Below, in pieces: positions 46,932 through 55,349 of a DNA stretch of 64,000 nucleotides. Both the position numbers and the translations under genes were made by a program. Source of the stretch: Candidatus Woesearchaeota archaeon (GTDB taxonomy: Archaea > Nanobdellota > Nanobdellia > Woesearchaeales > BS150m-G63); assembly GCA_016784165.1 (NCBI GenBank), contig JADHVD010000004.1, positions 11,624-75,623 on the forward strand, written 5' to 3'. Under the pieces are notes generated by a model. It did not search any database. It was not told the origin of the DNA and saw only the letters and a list, made by a program, of their open reading frames with translations. Positions within the stretch are counted from its first letter, which is position 1. Each line of letters opens with the position of its first letter.

Positions 46932-47035
46932 TAGTGGAGAGAGGATTTGGAACCTACGTTTTGGGTAGTAGCTCCCCAGATTAGTGTGGGATATCAATTC
47001 GTTTCACTCATTAAATCCCACTCCATAAATCATTT
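46932..47035 (-). pseudogene. tRNA-like remnant or unresolved non-canonical tRNA
   Basis: Its 3' end (TAGTGGAGAGAGGATTTGgAACCT on the + strand) matches the 3' end of the adjacent tRNA-iMet at 22/23 positions with one inserted g, which gives an 8-nt T-loop. I could not fold a complementary 5' acceptor or D-arm. It contains the hairpin GTGGGAT...ATCCCAC. Confidence 0.3.
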
Positions 47036-47046
47036 TTGTAGCAAAA

Positions 47047-47165
47047 TAGCGGAGAGAGGATTTGAACCTCTGACCTCCGGGTTTCCTAGACTTTTACATT
47101 GGGATAAAAAATCCAATGGTCTTGCTTATGGGCCCGACGGGCACTCCTGACTGCCCTACTCCGCT
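47047..47165 (-). tRNA. Initiator tRNA-Met(CAT) with a 44-nt intron
   Basis: Hand fold: A1:U72 acceptor AGCGGAG/CTCCGCT. Three G:C pairs closing the anticodon stem (GGG/CCC). Loop CCCAUA^A. T-arm AGAGG-TTCAAAT-CCTCT. The intron forms the hairpin CATTGGAT...ATCCCAATG. Confidence 0.8.
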
Positions 47166-47240
47166 GTAAATTTAAAGTATAAATTGAGAAAATGAGGCCA
47201 TTTATAAGTGTTTTGATAAAAGAGATATATATAACTAATA

Positions 47241-47999
47241 TTATTCCAAGAATGTTAATATAAGCATCACAAAAATTCCAAGTAATAAAGCAAAAAACTG
47301 TGGAAAAGATTTTGTTGGCTCACAAGATGATTTGTGAAGTTCCGGAATTAAATCTGAACCTGCTATATATATGAATCCTCCTGCTGTAAAAGGCAATATA
47401 AAAGAGGATATTCCAGGTATTTTTGAACTCAAAACAAGTGCCAATACTGCACCAATTATTGCAGTACAAGCAGAAAGAAAATTAAATAATAATGCTTTAG
47501 CTTTTGAAAAACCAGCATAAATCAATACTCCAAAATCTCCAATTTCTTGAGGCACCTCGTGAAAAATAACTGCAATTGTCGTTGCTATTCCAATAGGAAT
47601 CCCTGCCAGATAACTTCCAGCAATCATTACACCATCAATTAAATTATGGAACCCATCTCCAACGAGATTCATAACCCCTAGGTGATGTTTATGTGATTTA
47701 GATGTGGGGGTGTGACAGTGCCTCCAATGCAGGAATTTTTCTAATACAAAGAAAATTAAAATCCCAGAAATTAAATAAAGAGAAATTGATGTAGTAAAAC
47801 CAGATTCTTCTACTGCTTCAGGCAATAGATGGATAAATGCCCCACCAAATAATGCTCCTGCTGAAAAACTTACTAAATATAATAGGTATTTTTGTAGTTT
47901 TTCTGTTTTTAATGATAATATAACTATTCCAATAAAAGCTATTAAACTAACAATAACTACGCTTAATAAAGAATAAGTCCAAATAGTTATCGAAGGCAT
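47241..47999 (-). CDS. zupT: ZIP-family divalent metal (zinc) transporter, ZupT-like
   Basis: Polytopic. HEVPQEIGDFGVL and a His-rich loop HCHTPTSKSHKHH. Confidence 0.85.
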   Translation of the reverse strand: MPSITIWTYSLLSVVIVSLIAFIGIVILSLKTEKLQKYLLYLVSFSAGALFGGAFIHLLPEAVEESGFTTSISLYLISGILIFFVLEKFLHWRHCHTPTSKSHKHHLGVMNLVGDGFHNLIDGVMIAGSYLAGIPIGIATTIAVIFHEVPQEIGDFGVLIYAGFSKAKALLFNFLSACTAIIGAVLALVLSSKIPGISSFILPFTAGGFIYIAGSDLIPELHKSSCEPTKSFPQFFALLLGIFVMLILTFLE

Positions 48000-48093
48000 T
48001 TTTTTAAGTTATTGTTGAAGGTATTTAAAAGTTTTGGAAACATCTTAAAAAGGCAAAGATATTTAAATAAAAGTATCACTTTCTTCACAGTAT

Positions 48094-48175
48094 GCCGAGG
48101 TCGCATAGCCTGGTATTGCGCAGGATTGCTAATCCTGTCCCTTTGGGATCGTGGGTTCAAATCCCACCCTCGGCG
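48094..48175 (+). tRNA. tRNA-Ser(GCU)
   Basis: Acceptor GCCGAGG/CCTCGGC, 3-bp D-stem, anticodon arm CAGGA-TTGCTAA-TCCTG, long variable arm, T-arm GTGGG-TTCAAAT-CCCAC, followed by a T-run. Confidence 0.9.
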
Positions 48176-48256
48176 TTTTTTTATTTTTTTATTTTTTCTC
48201 ATTATTTTAAAAAATATTATAAACAATCAAGTCTTTTATGTATATGGTGAAATAAA

Positions 48257-48469
48257 ATGGGTATAGATAAAGAAGTTAAAAGATTATTTATTGAAGGTGG
48301 GGGGAAAATAGGAATTGTTGAATCTAATAAACCTGGTTCTGATTGGTATATTAGCTATGTTGGAGAAAAAACAAGACTAAAAAAACTAAGAGAGTTAGAG
48401 GTAGAAAGAGAAAAAGGGTTTGAATATGTGAACAGTAAATTTCTCAACGCAGATTATAAGGGCAAGTAA
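48257..48469 (+). CDS. Small hypothetical protein (70 aa)
   Basis: ORF only. Basic and K/E-rich. No motif recognised. Confidence 0.35.
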   Translation: MGIDKEVKRLFIEGGGKIGIVESNKPGSDWYISYVGEKTRLKKLRELEVEREKGFEYVNSKFLNADYKGK

Positions 48470-48509
48470 ACAAGAAAGATTTAAAAACAATTAAAAGATT
48501 ACATTAAAC

Positions 48510-50366
48510 ATGAAAAAAACAGAAAAAATAAAAGAGGTTTATGAAGTAGAAAAATTAGTGCCTGATACTTCTGTAATTATAGAAGGACTTGTTTCAAAAT
48601 ATATTCAAAAGAAACAATTGAAAGTTGGTATTGTTTTATTTCATGAAGCTGTTTTAAGAGAACTCGAACATCAAGCAAATTTGAACAAAGCTATAGGATT
48701 TCTAGGTTTAGAAGAAATTGAAAAAATAAAAAAATTATCTAATAAATCTAAATTCGAAGTGGAATTCGGTGGAAGAAAACCAACCGCTGTTGAAGTAAAA
48801 TATGCTAAAAGAGGAGAAATTGATGCCTTAATAAGAGATTTAGCTTACGAAGAAGATGGAACTTTATTTACTGCAGATAAAGTACAAGCAACTGTTGCAA
48901 ACGCAAAAGGGGTTAAAAACATATTTATTAAGATTGAACAAGTTGTTGGAACATTAAAATTAGAAAAATTCTTTGATAAATTAACAATGAGTGTACATCT
49001 CAGAGAGAATGTACTTCCTTATGCAAAAAAAGGCATGCCAGGGAATTGGACCTTTGAAGCAGTGGGAAAAAAACCATTAGAAAGAGATGATATACAAGAT
49101 ATAAGCAGAGAAATAATTGAAGAAGCAAGTATAAGGAAAGATGGATTTATTGAGATTGAAAGGCCAGGAAGTACGATTGTACAATTAGGATTGTATAGGA
49201 TTGTAATCACAAAACCACCATTTTCAGATGGATGGGAAATAACAGCAGTAAGACCAGTTAAAAGATTGAGTTTAATTGATTATTCACTTTCTGAAAAATT
49301 AAATGAACGGGTTTGTGTACAAGCAGAAGGAATACTGATTGCTGGTGCGCCAGGAATGGGAAAAAGCACATTTGCTCAAGCACTAGCAGAATTTTATGCA
49401 GGTCAAGATAAAATAGTTAAAACAGTTGAGGCTCCAAGAGATTTAGTGTTACCTGAAAATGTAACCCAATATGCTATGAGTCACGGAAATCCACAAGAAA
49501 TTCACGATATTTTATTATTATCAAGACCTGATTATACTTTATTCGATGAAATGAGAAATACTCGAGATTTTAAATTATTTGCAGATTTGAGATTAAGTGG
49601 AGTCGGAATGGTGGGTGTGGTACATGCAACAAATTCAGTAGACGCAATCCAAAGATTTGTCGGAAGAATTGAATTAGGAGTAATTCCACAAATAATTGAC
49701 ACAGTGATTTTTATCAAAAATGGGATAGTCAATAAAGTTCTTAGTTTAAGTATGGTTGTTAAAGTTCCTAGTGGAATGACTGAATCAGATTTAGCAAGAC
49801 CAGTTGTAGTTGTTAATGATTTTGAAACTCAAAAAGCAGAATATGAATTATACAGTTACGGGGAAGAGACTGTTGTTGTACCAGTTAAAGGAGAACAAAA
49901 GAGTCCAAGCCACGAGCTTGCTGCTAGGAGCATAGAAGAAGAATTTAGAAAACATAGTGATAATGTTAAAGCAGAAATGGCTGGAGACCATAAATGCATA
50001 ATTTATGTTCCAAAAAAAGATATTGCTCAACTAATAGGAAAACAAGGAAAAAATATAGAAAGATTCGAGAAAAAATTAGGGATAAGTATAGATGTAAGAG
50101 AACTCGATGGAAAAAACATAGAAAGTAATAGTAATGGTGAAGGCAATGAAATTGAATTTACTACAAAAGTATCTAAAAATGGAATCATGTTTTATTTTAG
50201 CGGAAAAATGAGGGGGAAAGATGTAGATCTCTATATTGAAAATGAACTTTTGATGACTGCCAAAGTTGGACATGGCGGAAACCTAAAATTCCATAAAAGA
50301 AATAAAAATGGAAGAAAGTTACTCGAGGCATTGGACTTTGGTAAAAGAGTAAGGGTGATGGGTTAA
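48510..50366 (+). CDS. PIN-domain / P-loop ATPase / KH-domain protein (archaeal COG1855-type 'PilT-family' ATPase)
   Basis: N-terminal VPDTSVIIEG (PIN-like). Walker A GAPGMGKST. C-terminal KH-like IAQLIGKQGKNIERFEKKLGISIDV. Confidence 0.75.
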   Translation: MKKTEKIKEVYEVEKLVPDTSVIIEGLVSKYIQKKQLKVGIVLFHEAVLRELEHQANLNKAIGFLGLEEIEKIKKLSNKSKFEVEFGGRKPTAVEVKYAKRGEIDALIRDLAYEEDGTLFTADKVQATVANAKGVKNIFIKIEQVVGTLKLEKFFDKLTMSVHLRENVLPYAKKGMPGNWTFEAVGKKPLERDDIQDISREIIEEASIRKDGFIEIERPGSTIVQLGLYRIVITKPPFSDGWEITAVRPVKRLSLIDYSLSEKLNERVCVQAEGILIAGAPGMGKSTFAQALAEFYAGQDKIVKTVEAPRDLVLPENVTQYAMSHGNPQEIHDILLLSRPDYTLFDEMRNTRDFKLFADLRLSGVGMVGVVHATNSVDAIQRFVGRIELGVIPQIIDTVIFIKNGIVNKVLSLSMVVKVPSGMTESDLARPVVVVNDFETQKAEYELYSYGEETVVVPVKGEQKSPSHELAARSIEEEFRKHSDNVKAEMAGDHKCIIYVPKKDIAQLIGKQGKNIERFEKKLGISIDVRELDGKNIESNSNGEGNEIEFTTKVSKNGIMFYFSGKMRGKDVDLYIENELLMTAKVGHGGNLKFHKRNKNGRKLLEALDFGKRVRVMG

Positions 50367-51649
50367 TGTTAGATATCAAATTAATTAGGGAAAATTCTAA
50401 GTTAGTTAAAGAAAACATCAAAAAAAGATTTCAAAAAGATAAATTAAAATATGTAGATGAAGTGCTTGAAAAAGATAAACAATACAGAAAACTTCTTTAT
50501 GATATGGAACAGTTAAAGCACAAGCGTAATCTTGTGAGCAAAGAAATAAATGAGCTTAGGAAAGAAGGAAAAAATATCAAGAAAAAGGTTTTAGAAGCAA
50601 AAAAAATTCCAGAGAAATTAAAAGGAAAAGAAGAAAAAGTCATCAAGCTAAAACAAGAAATCAAAGAATTATTATGTAAAATTCCAAATATTATTCATAA
50701 TTCAGTTCCATTAGGGGAAGACCACACTAAAAACGTTGAAATAGAAAAAATCGGGAAACCAAAAAAGTTCAATTTCGATGTTAAAAGTCATGTTGAATTA
50801 ACAGAGAATTTGGGAATTGTAGATTTTGATGCTTCTGCAAGAGTTTCAGGAAATGGATTCTTTTATTTGAAGGGAGATTTGGCACGACTTAACCAAGCAT
50901 TAATCAGATTTGGAATTGATTTTATGCTCAAAAAAGGATATTTATTTGTCGAACCGCCTTTAATGATTAGAGAAGAAGTGTTGAATGGGGTTTACTCTCA
51001 CGAAGAAATTGAAGAAATGAGTTATAAAGTAGATGGAGAAGATTTATACTTGATAGCTACATCTGAACACCCCTTGATTGGAATGTTTATTAATCAAACA
51101 GTAGATGCCGAAGAACTCCCATTAAAAATCTGTAGTTACAGTCAGTGTTTTAGAAAGGAAATAGGAAGTCATGGTATTGATGAAAAAGGATTATTTAGAA
51201 CTCACCAATTTAATAAAGTAGAGATGGTGGTATTATGCGGGGCCAAAGACTCTTACAAATTTTATGATGAGATGTTGAACATTTCTAAAGATATTTTTAA
51301 ACAATTAGAAATCCCTACTAGAGTTTTAGAATGTTGTTCAGGTGATTTGGGGGATTTGAAAGCCAAGAGTTGTGATTTAGAATACTGGAGTCCAAGAAAA
51401 AAAGATTATAACGAATTTTGCTCATTAACTAATATGGAAGAAGCACAAGCAAGACGGCTAAACATTCGAGCAGATGACAAAGGGGATAGATTTTATGTTC
51501 ATACATTAAATAATACTGCTATTGCTACTTCAAGAGCAATGGTTGCTATTTTAGAAAACAATCAAACAAAAGATGGAGAAATTATTGTACCTAAAGTATT
51601 GCAAAAATACCTGGGTGGATTAAAAATTATCAAAAAAAGGAAAAGGTGA
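50366..51649 (+). CDS. serS: Seryl-tRNA synthetase
   Basis: MLDIKLIREN... with an N-terminal coiled-coil. Class II motifs FRKEIGSHG...GLFRTHQFNKVE and TLNNTAIATSRAMVAILEN. Confidence 0.95.
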   Translation: MLDIKLIRENSKLVKENIKKRFQKDKLKYVDEVLEKDKQYRKLLYDMEQLKHKRNLVSKEINELRKEGKNIKKKVLEAKKIPEKLKGKEEKVIKLKQEIKELLCKIPNIIHNSVPLGEDHTKNVEIEKIGKPKKFNFDVKSHVELTENLGIVDFDASARVSGNGFFYLKGDLARLNQALIRFGIDFMLKKGYLFVEPPLMIREEVLNGVYSHEEIEEMSYKVDGEDLYLIATSEHPLIGMFINQTVDAEELPLKICSYSQCFRKEIGSHGIDEKGLFRTHQFNKVEMVVLCGAKDSYKFYDEMLNISKDIFKQLEIPTRVLECCSGDLGDLKAKSCDLEYWSPRKKDYNEFCSLTNMEEAQARRLNIRADDKGDRFYVHTLNNTAIATSRAMVAILENNQTKDGEIIVPKVLQKYLGGLKIIKKRKR

Positions 51650-51654
51650 AAAAT

Positions 51655-51810
51655 ATGGCAAACGAAATACCTGATTTTGCATTTTGGTTTATAGGATTAG
51701 TTGTTGCATTGGCCTCGGCATTTATTAATTTCTGGAAGTTTTTCCTGTTCTTTTTAATTGGAATTGGATTTATACTATACGGAATTGTAAAGAGAGTCAG
51801 AAAGCGTTGA
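51655..51810 (+). CDS. Possible 51-aa two-TM micro-protein
   Basis: My own translation is MANEIPDFAFWFIGLVVALASAFINFWKFFLFFLIGIGFILYGIVKRVRKR. It is more plausible than the antisense 63-aa track ORF. Confidence 0.35.
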   Translation: MANEIPDFAFWFIGLVVALASAFINFWKFFLFFLIGIGFILYGIVKRVRKR

Positions 51811-51867
51811 AAAATTTTCAAATTTTAGAGGAAAAGTATATAAATCTAGTTTTTTTCTTAGAGTGTT

Positions 51868-52938
51868 ATGGGAGTTTTTGAAAATATGTTAAAATCAGGG
51901 GAATCTCTATTTAAAGATCCTGTTGCCTTAGATTATGATTATATGCCTAAACTAATTAGGGGCAGAACTAATGAACAGAAAAGAATTGCTCTTTGCATTA
52001 AACCTTTAGATCAAAAAAGAAATGGGGCAAATATGGTTGTATTTGGACAGAGCGGTATAGGGAAAACTGTTGTTTGCAATCATATGTTAAGAATTGTTGA
52101 AGAAGAAACAGATGAAATAATTTCAATTTATATCAATTGCTGGCAAAAAAACACAAGCCACAAGGTCGCAATAGAATTATGTGAAAAATTAGATTATCGT
52201 TTAACCCACAATAAAAAAACAGATGAATTATTGGATATTGCTAAAAGGATACTCAATAAAGTATCAGTGGTTTTTGTGTTTGATGAAATAGATAAGGCAG
52301 AAGAATTAGGTTTTCTTTATTCTATTCTTGAAGACATCTATAGAAAAAGCATTATTTTGATAACTAATGAGATTAAATGGGCTGAAAATCTGGACCAAAG
52401 AATAAAATCTAGATTAATGGCTGAAATGATGGAATTTAAACCATACAATAGAGAAGAAACAGAAGATATCCTAAAATACAGAAAAGGCTATGCTTTTGTA
52501 GGGGGGGTTTGGGAAGAATCTGCTTTCAAATCAGTTATAGATAAAACCGTTGAACTAAAAGACATAAGGTCTGGGCTTTATTTAATGAAAGAATCAGGCA
52601 ACATTGCTGAAAACAGGGGTAATAAAAAAATTGAAATTGATGATGTAGAAAAAGCAATTGGAAAACTTGATAATTTTAGCATTAAAAGTAGTTCTTTATT
52701 GGATGACGAAATTAAATTTGTATTAAATATCGTCAAAAAAAATCCACAAGCAAAGATAGGCGAATTATATGAAAAATATAAAGAAGAAGGTGGAGAAAAA
52801 ACCTATAAAACATTTCAGCGAAGCATAAAAAAATTAGCCGATAATAAATTCATATCAATCAAGAAAATAACTGGAGGTTCAGAAGGAAGCACCACTTTAG
52901 TTGATTACTCCAATATTAAGAAACTGACCGAGTTCTAA
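51868..52938 (+). CDS. cdc6: Orc1/Cdc6 replication initiator (AAA+ plus winged helix)
   Basis: LFKDPVALDYDYMPKLIRGRTNEQ. Walker A GQSGIGKT. Walker B VFVFDEID. C-terminal wH-like region. Confidence 0.85.
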   Translation: MGVFENMLKSGESLFKDPVALDYDYMPKLIRGRTNEQKRIALCIKPLDQKRNGANMVVFGQSGIGKTVVCNHMLRIVEEETDEIISIYINCWQKNTSHKVAIELCEKLDYRLTHNKKTDELLDIAKRILNKVSVVFVFDEIDKAEELGFLYSILEDIYRKSIILITNEIKWAENLDQRIKSRLMAEMMEFKPYNREETEDILKYRKGYAFVGGVWEESAFKSVIDKTVELKDIRSGLYLMKESGNIAENRGNKKIEIDDVEKAIGKLDNFSIKSSSLLDDEIKFVLNIVKKNPQAKIGELYEKYKEEGGEKTYKTFQRSIKKLADNKFISIKKITGGSEGSTTLVDYSNIKKLTEF

Positions 52939-53046
52939 TTTACTCATATTTCTTTTTTACCCACTAACAAACCCACTAGCACTGGACATATATGCGCGTG
53001 AGATATTTAAAGAGATCTAGACAGTATTATTTCTGAGGTGATATTT

Positions 53047-53160
53047 ATGATTAAAGATGAAATGAATATTTACGAAGAAGATATTGTTGAAAAATATATA
53101 ATGGATGACGCGATTAGTGATGCAGAAGAAGGATTTATGGTGGGATATTTAGCTGCCTAA
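53047..53160 (+). CDS. Possible 37-aa acidic micro-protein
   Basis: SD gaggtga, then the ATG. MIKDEMNIYEEDIVEKYIMDDAISDAEEGFMVGYLAA. Confidence 0.3.
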   Translation: MIKDEMNIYEEDIVEKYIMDDAISDAEEGFMVGYLAA

Positions 53161-53172
53161 AAGGAGGTAAAA

Positions 53173-53298
53173 ATGTTTTGGAAAAAAACAAAATATATGG
53201 AATGGAAAGATTATAAAGCCAAAATAGATTTTCTTGATATTTTCTGGTGGCAACAAAGTGTTAGAAAAAGGAATATAAGAAACTTATGTGAATGTTAA
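53173..53298 (+). CDS. Possible 41-aa basic, W-rich micro-protein
   Basis: Strong SD aaggaggt. MFWKKTKYMEWKDYKAKIDFLDIFWWQQSVRKRNIRNLCEC. Its stop overlaps the tsaC ATG (gaATGTTAA). Confidence 0.35.
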   Translation: MFWKKTKYMEWKDYKAKIDFLDIFWWQQSVRKRNIRNLCEC

Positions 53299-53951
53299 AT
53301 ACCCAAGAAGATTTTTATAAATTTTATGGTAAAATTATAAAAAAAGATTTAAAAAGGGTAAATAATTCTAAAAGTGATATGAGGGTAGTAGATAAAGAAG
53401 AATTTAGGGTAGAGGGAGATGAATTCCTATCTTTAATTAGAGATGGGGCTGTATTTATACACCCAACAGACACTATTTATGGTATTGGTTGTAATGCTTT
53501 AGATAAAACTGCTGTTAATAAGATAAGAGAACTAAAGAAAAGACCAAATATGCCTTTTTCAGTTATAGCACCATCAAAAGATTGGATTTTGGAAAATTGT
53601 GAGGCTGATGAAAAAGCAGAAAAATATATCAACGAACTTCCAGGACCAGTTACTTTAATATTAAAATTAAAAAATAAAGATTCTATCGCAGATAACGTAG
53701 CTCCTGGTTTAGATACTATTGGGGTAAGAATGCCAAGACATTGGTTCACCCAAGTTGCAAAAGTAACTAAATTACCAATAGTTACAACATCTGCCAACAT
53801 TGTTGGAGAAAATTTTATGACTACACTAGCTAATTTAGATAACAGTATAAGAAAGGGCGTGGATTTTATAATTTATGAAGATGAAAAGAAAGGTAGGCCT
53901 TCTAAAATAATTAATTTAATTCAAGAAGAAGTTGATATTAAAGAAAGGTAA
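53292..53951 (+). CDS. tsaC: L-threonylcarbamoyladenylate synthase, YrdC/Sua5 (TsaC) family
   Basis: VFIHPTDTIYGIGCNA...IRELKKRPNMPFSVI...GVRMP...PIVTTSAN. Confidence 0.85.
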   Translation: MLNTQEDFYKFYGKIIKKDLKRVNNSKSDMRVVDKEEFRVEGDEFLSLIRDGAVFIHPTDTIYGIGCNALDKTAVNKIRELKKRPNMPFSVIAPSKDWILENCEADEKAEKYINELPGPVTLILKLKNKDSIADNVAPGLDTIGVRMPRHWFTQVAKVTKLPIVTTSANIVGENFMTTLANLDNSIRKGVDFIIYEDEKKGRPSKIINLIQEEVDIKER

Positions 53952-53957
53952 TCAAAG

Positions 53958-54560
53958 ATGAAGATTTTAGCAGCAGGAGATATTCATGGAGATAGTGGAT
54001 TAGCTGAAAAATTAGCCATAAAGGCAAAAAAAGAAAAAGTAGATTTAGTTATTTTATGTGGTGATTTGACTTATAGGGATAATTCTACTGACAATCTAAT
54101 GAAACCTTTTGTAGAAAGAAATGAAAAAGTTTTATTGATACCTGGAAATCATGAAGGAGTTGCAACTGCAGATTTTTTGGCCGATTTTTATGATGTTAAA
54201 AATATCCATGGTTATTCTGTAAAATATAAAGATGTGGGAATATTTGGTGCTGGTGGTGCAAATATAGGTGAAAATCAATTAAGCGAAAAAGAATTATATG
54301 ACTTATTAAAAAAAGGATTTGATAAAATAGAATATCTGAAAAAAAGAGTTATGGTAACTCATGTACATCCAAGTGAAACTAAGATGGAAAAATTCACTCA
54401 ATTTTTTCCTGGCAGTAAAGGTGTAAGGCAAGCAGTTGAAAAGCTTCAACCAAACTTTTTGTTATGTAGTCATGTTCATGAAGCAGAAGGTATTGAAGAG
54501 AAAATAGGGCTAACAAAAGTTATAAATGTAGGAAGAAAAGGAAAAATTATCGAGTTATGA
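53958..54560 (+). CDS. Calcineurin-like metallophosphoesterase
   Basis: MKILAAGDIHGD, LVILCGDLT, PGNHE, THVHP and SHVHE. Confidence 0.75.
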   Translation: MKILAAGDIHGDSGLAEKLAIKAKKEKVDLVILCGDLTYRDNSTDNLMKPFVERNEKVLLIPGNHEGVATADFLADFYDVKNIHGYSVKYKDVGIFGAGGANIGENQLSEKELYDLLKKGFDKIEYLKKRVMVTHVHPSETKMEKFTQFFPGSKGVRQAVEKLQPNFLLCSHVHEAEGIEEKIGLTKVINVGRKGKIIEL

Positions 54561-54666
54561 TTTTCTCTTCAACATTTTGTTCAAATGAATTCTCACAAAA
54601 CATAAAAGAGAAAATAGGGTTAACAAAAGTTATAAATGTAGGAAGAAAAGGAAAAATTATTGAATT
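54496..54666 (+). repeat. Direct duplication, offset 110 bp, of the last ~61 bp of the phosphoesterase gene
   Basis: 54496-54556 versus 54606-54666 are identical except at three positions (54510 c/t, 54551 c/t, 54554 g/a). Confidence 0.9.
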
Positions 54667-54945
54667 TTAGTCATCTAATAATTCTTTAATGTTGAACGTT
54701 CCTGATTTAGTAACACTTTCTATTTCTGGCTCTGTCCTATCATACTCAGTTACAGGAGGTACACTTTCTTCAGGGGGAGATTCCGTAGAACTGGAAGAAT
54801 CTCCAAACATATTAAACATACCAGGATTTTTTTCAATAGTGTTAGATTCTAAAGGCATAGAAGAAGATAACAGACTTTCAAGTAATTTTATTGCTTTTTT
54901 TATTTCTTCTTGACTATCTGTTTTTGTATCTATTGTTATTTTCAT
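54667..54945 (-). CDS. Small acidic hypothetical protein (92 aa)
   Basis: ORF only. S/E/P-rich. Confidence 0.4.
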   Translation of the reverse strand: MKITIDTKTDSQEEIKKAIKLLESLLSSSMPLESNTIEKNPGMFNMFGDSSSSTESPPEESVPPVTEYDRTEPEIESVTKSGTFNIKELLDD

Positions 54946-54980
54946 GTTAGTATTGATACTTTTAGATTATAAAAACTTTT

Positions 54981-55349
54981 CTAGTTAGCCCAATAATATA
55001 GTTTTACTATAACTGGATTATAAGTAGTTAGATTAGATGCGATAAAAATTGAATCAACAAAAATATGTTTCTTGGGTAAATTAAAAACAGAACCTATGGA
55101 GAGAGTATAATTATATCTATTTGGAAAATTAGGGTTAGTTTCAATAAATATAGAATTTAAACAATTTAAATCATTAATCAATGCACAATTTCTAAACATA
55201 GAATTTTGCTCAAGATTTTTTAACACAGAAGTTTTCTGAAAATCTAATCCAGAAGGATAAAATTGAGTGCTAATTATGGCTATAAATACAAAAGTAAGTA
55301 TAAATGCCAAAAAGGATTCTAATGTGCGTATATTTGCTTTTTTTACCAT
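54981..55349 (-). CDS. Pilin-like / signal-anchored small protein
   Basis: MVKKAN|IRTLESFLAFILTFVFIAIIS. Overlaps the upstream gene's stop. Confidence 0.45.
   Translation of the reverse strand: MVKKANIRTLESFLAFILTFVFIAIISTQFYPSGLDFQKTSVLKNLEQNSMFRNCALINDLNCLNSIFIETNPNFPNRYNYTLSIGSVFNLPKKHIFVDSIFIASNLTTYNPVIVKLYYWAN

Noticed and set aside
46947-47150. 67-aa plus-strand ORF
   Set aside because: It lies entirely over the tRNA-iMet gene and the tRNA-like remnant on the opposite strand.
47987-48266. 79-aa (-) and 84-aa (+) ORFs
   Set aside because: Both span the tRNA-Ser(GCU) gene and its T-rich terminator. There is no coding signal.
48510-50366. Considered the 'PilT-family' ATPase as the missing motor of the pilin-like array
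   Set aside because: Its architecture is PIN + P-loop + KH, the conserved archaeal COG1855 type that is presumed RNA-related. It lacks the FlaI/PilB/PilT secretion-ATPase layout, and it lies 30 kb away among housekeeping genes.
51630-51821. 63-aa minus-strand ORF after serS
   Set aside because: The opposite (+) strand encodes a tidy 51-aa two-TM peptide co-directional with its neighbours. The minus-strand product has no features.
51811-53046. Replication origin next to orc1/cdc6
   Set aside because: The flanking intergenic regions are short. I found only a weak direct repeat (acccacta ... acccacta at about 52960-52980), no clear ORB/mini-ORB inverted repeats and no extended AT-rich unwinding element. 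An origin cannot be supported from the sequence alone. A GC-skew or ORB-motif scan of the whole contig would be needed.
54557-54669. Programmed readthrough or frameshift extension of the phosphoesterase via the duplicated tail
   Set aside because: The copy is reached through a separate ATG in a different register. I saw no slippery sequence and no stimulatory structure beyond a short inverted match (ttgaagagaaaa/ttttctcttcaa). A simple tandem duplication is the more economical explanation.
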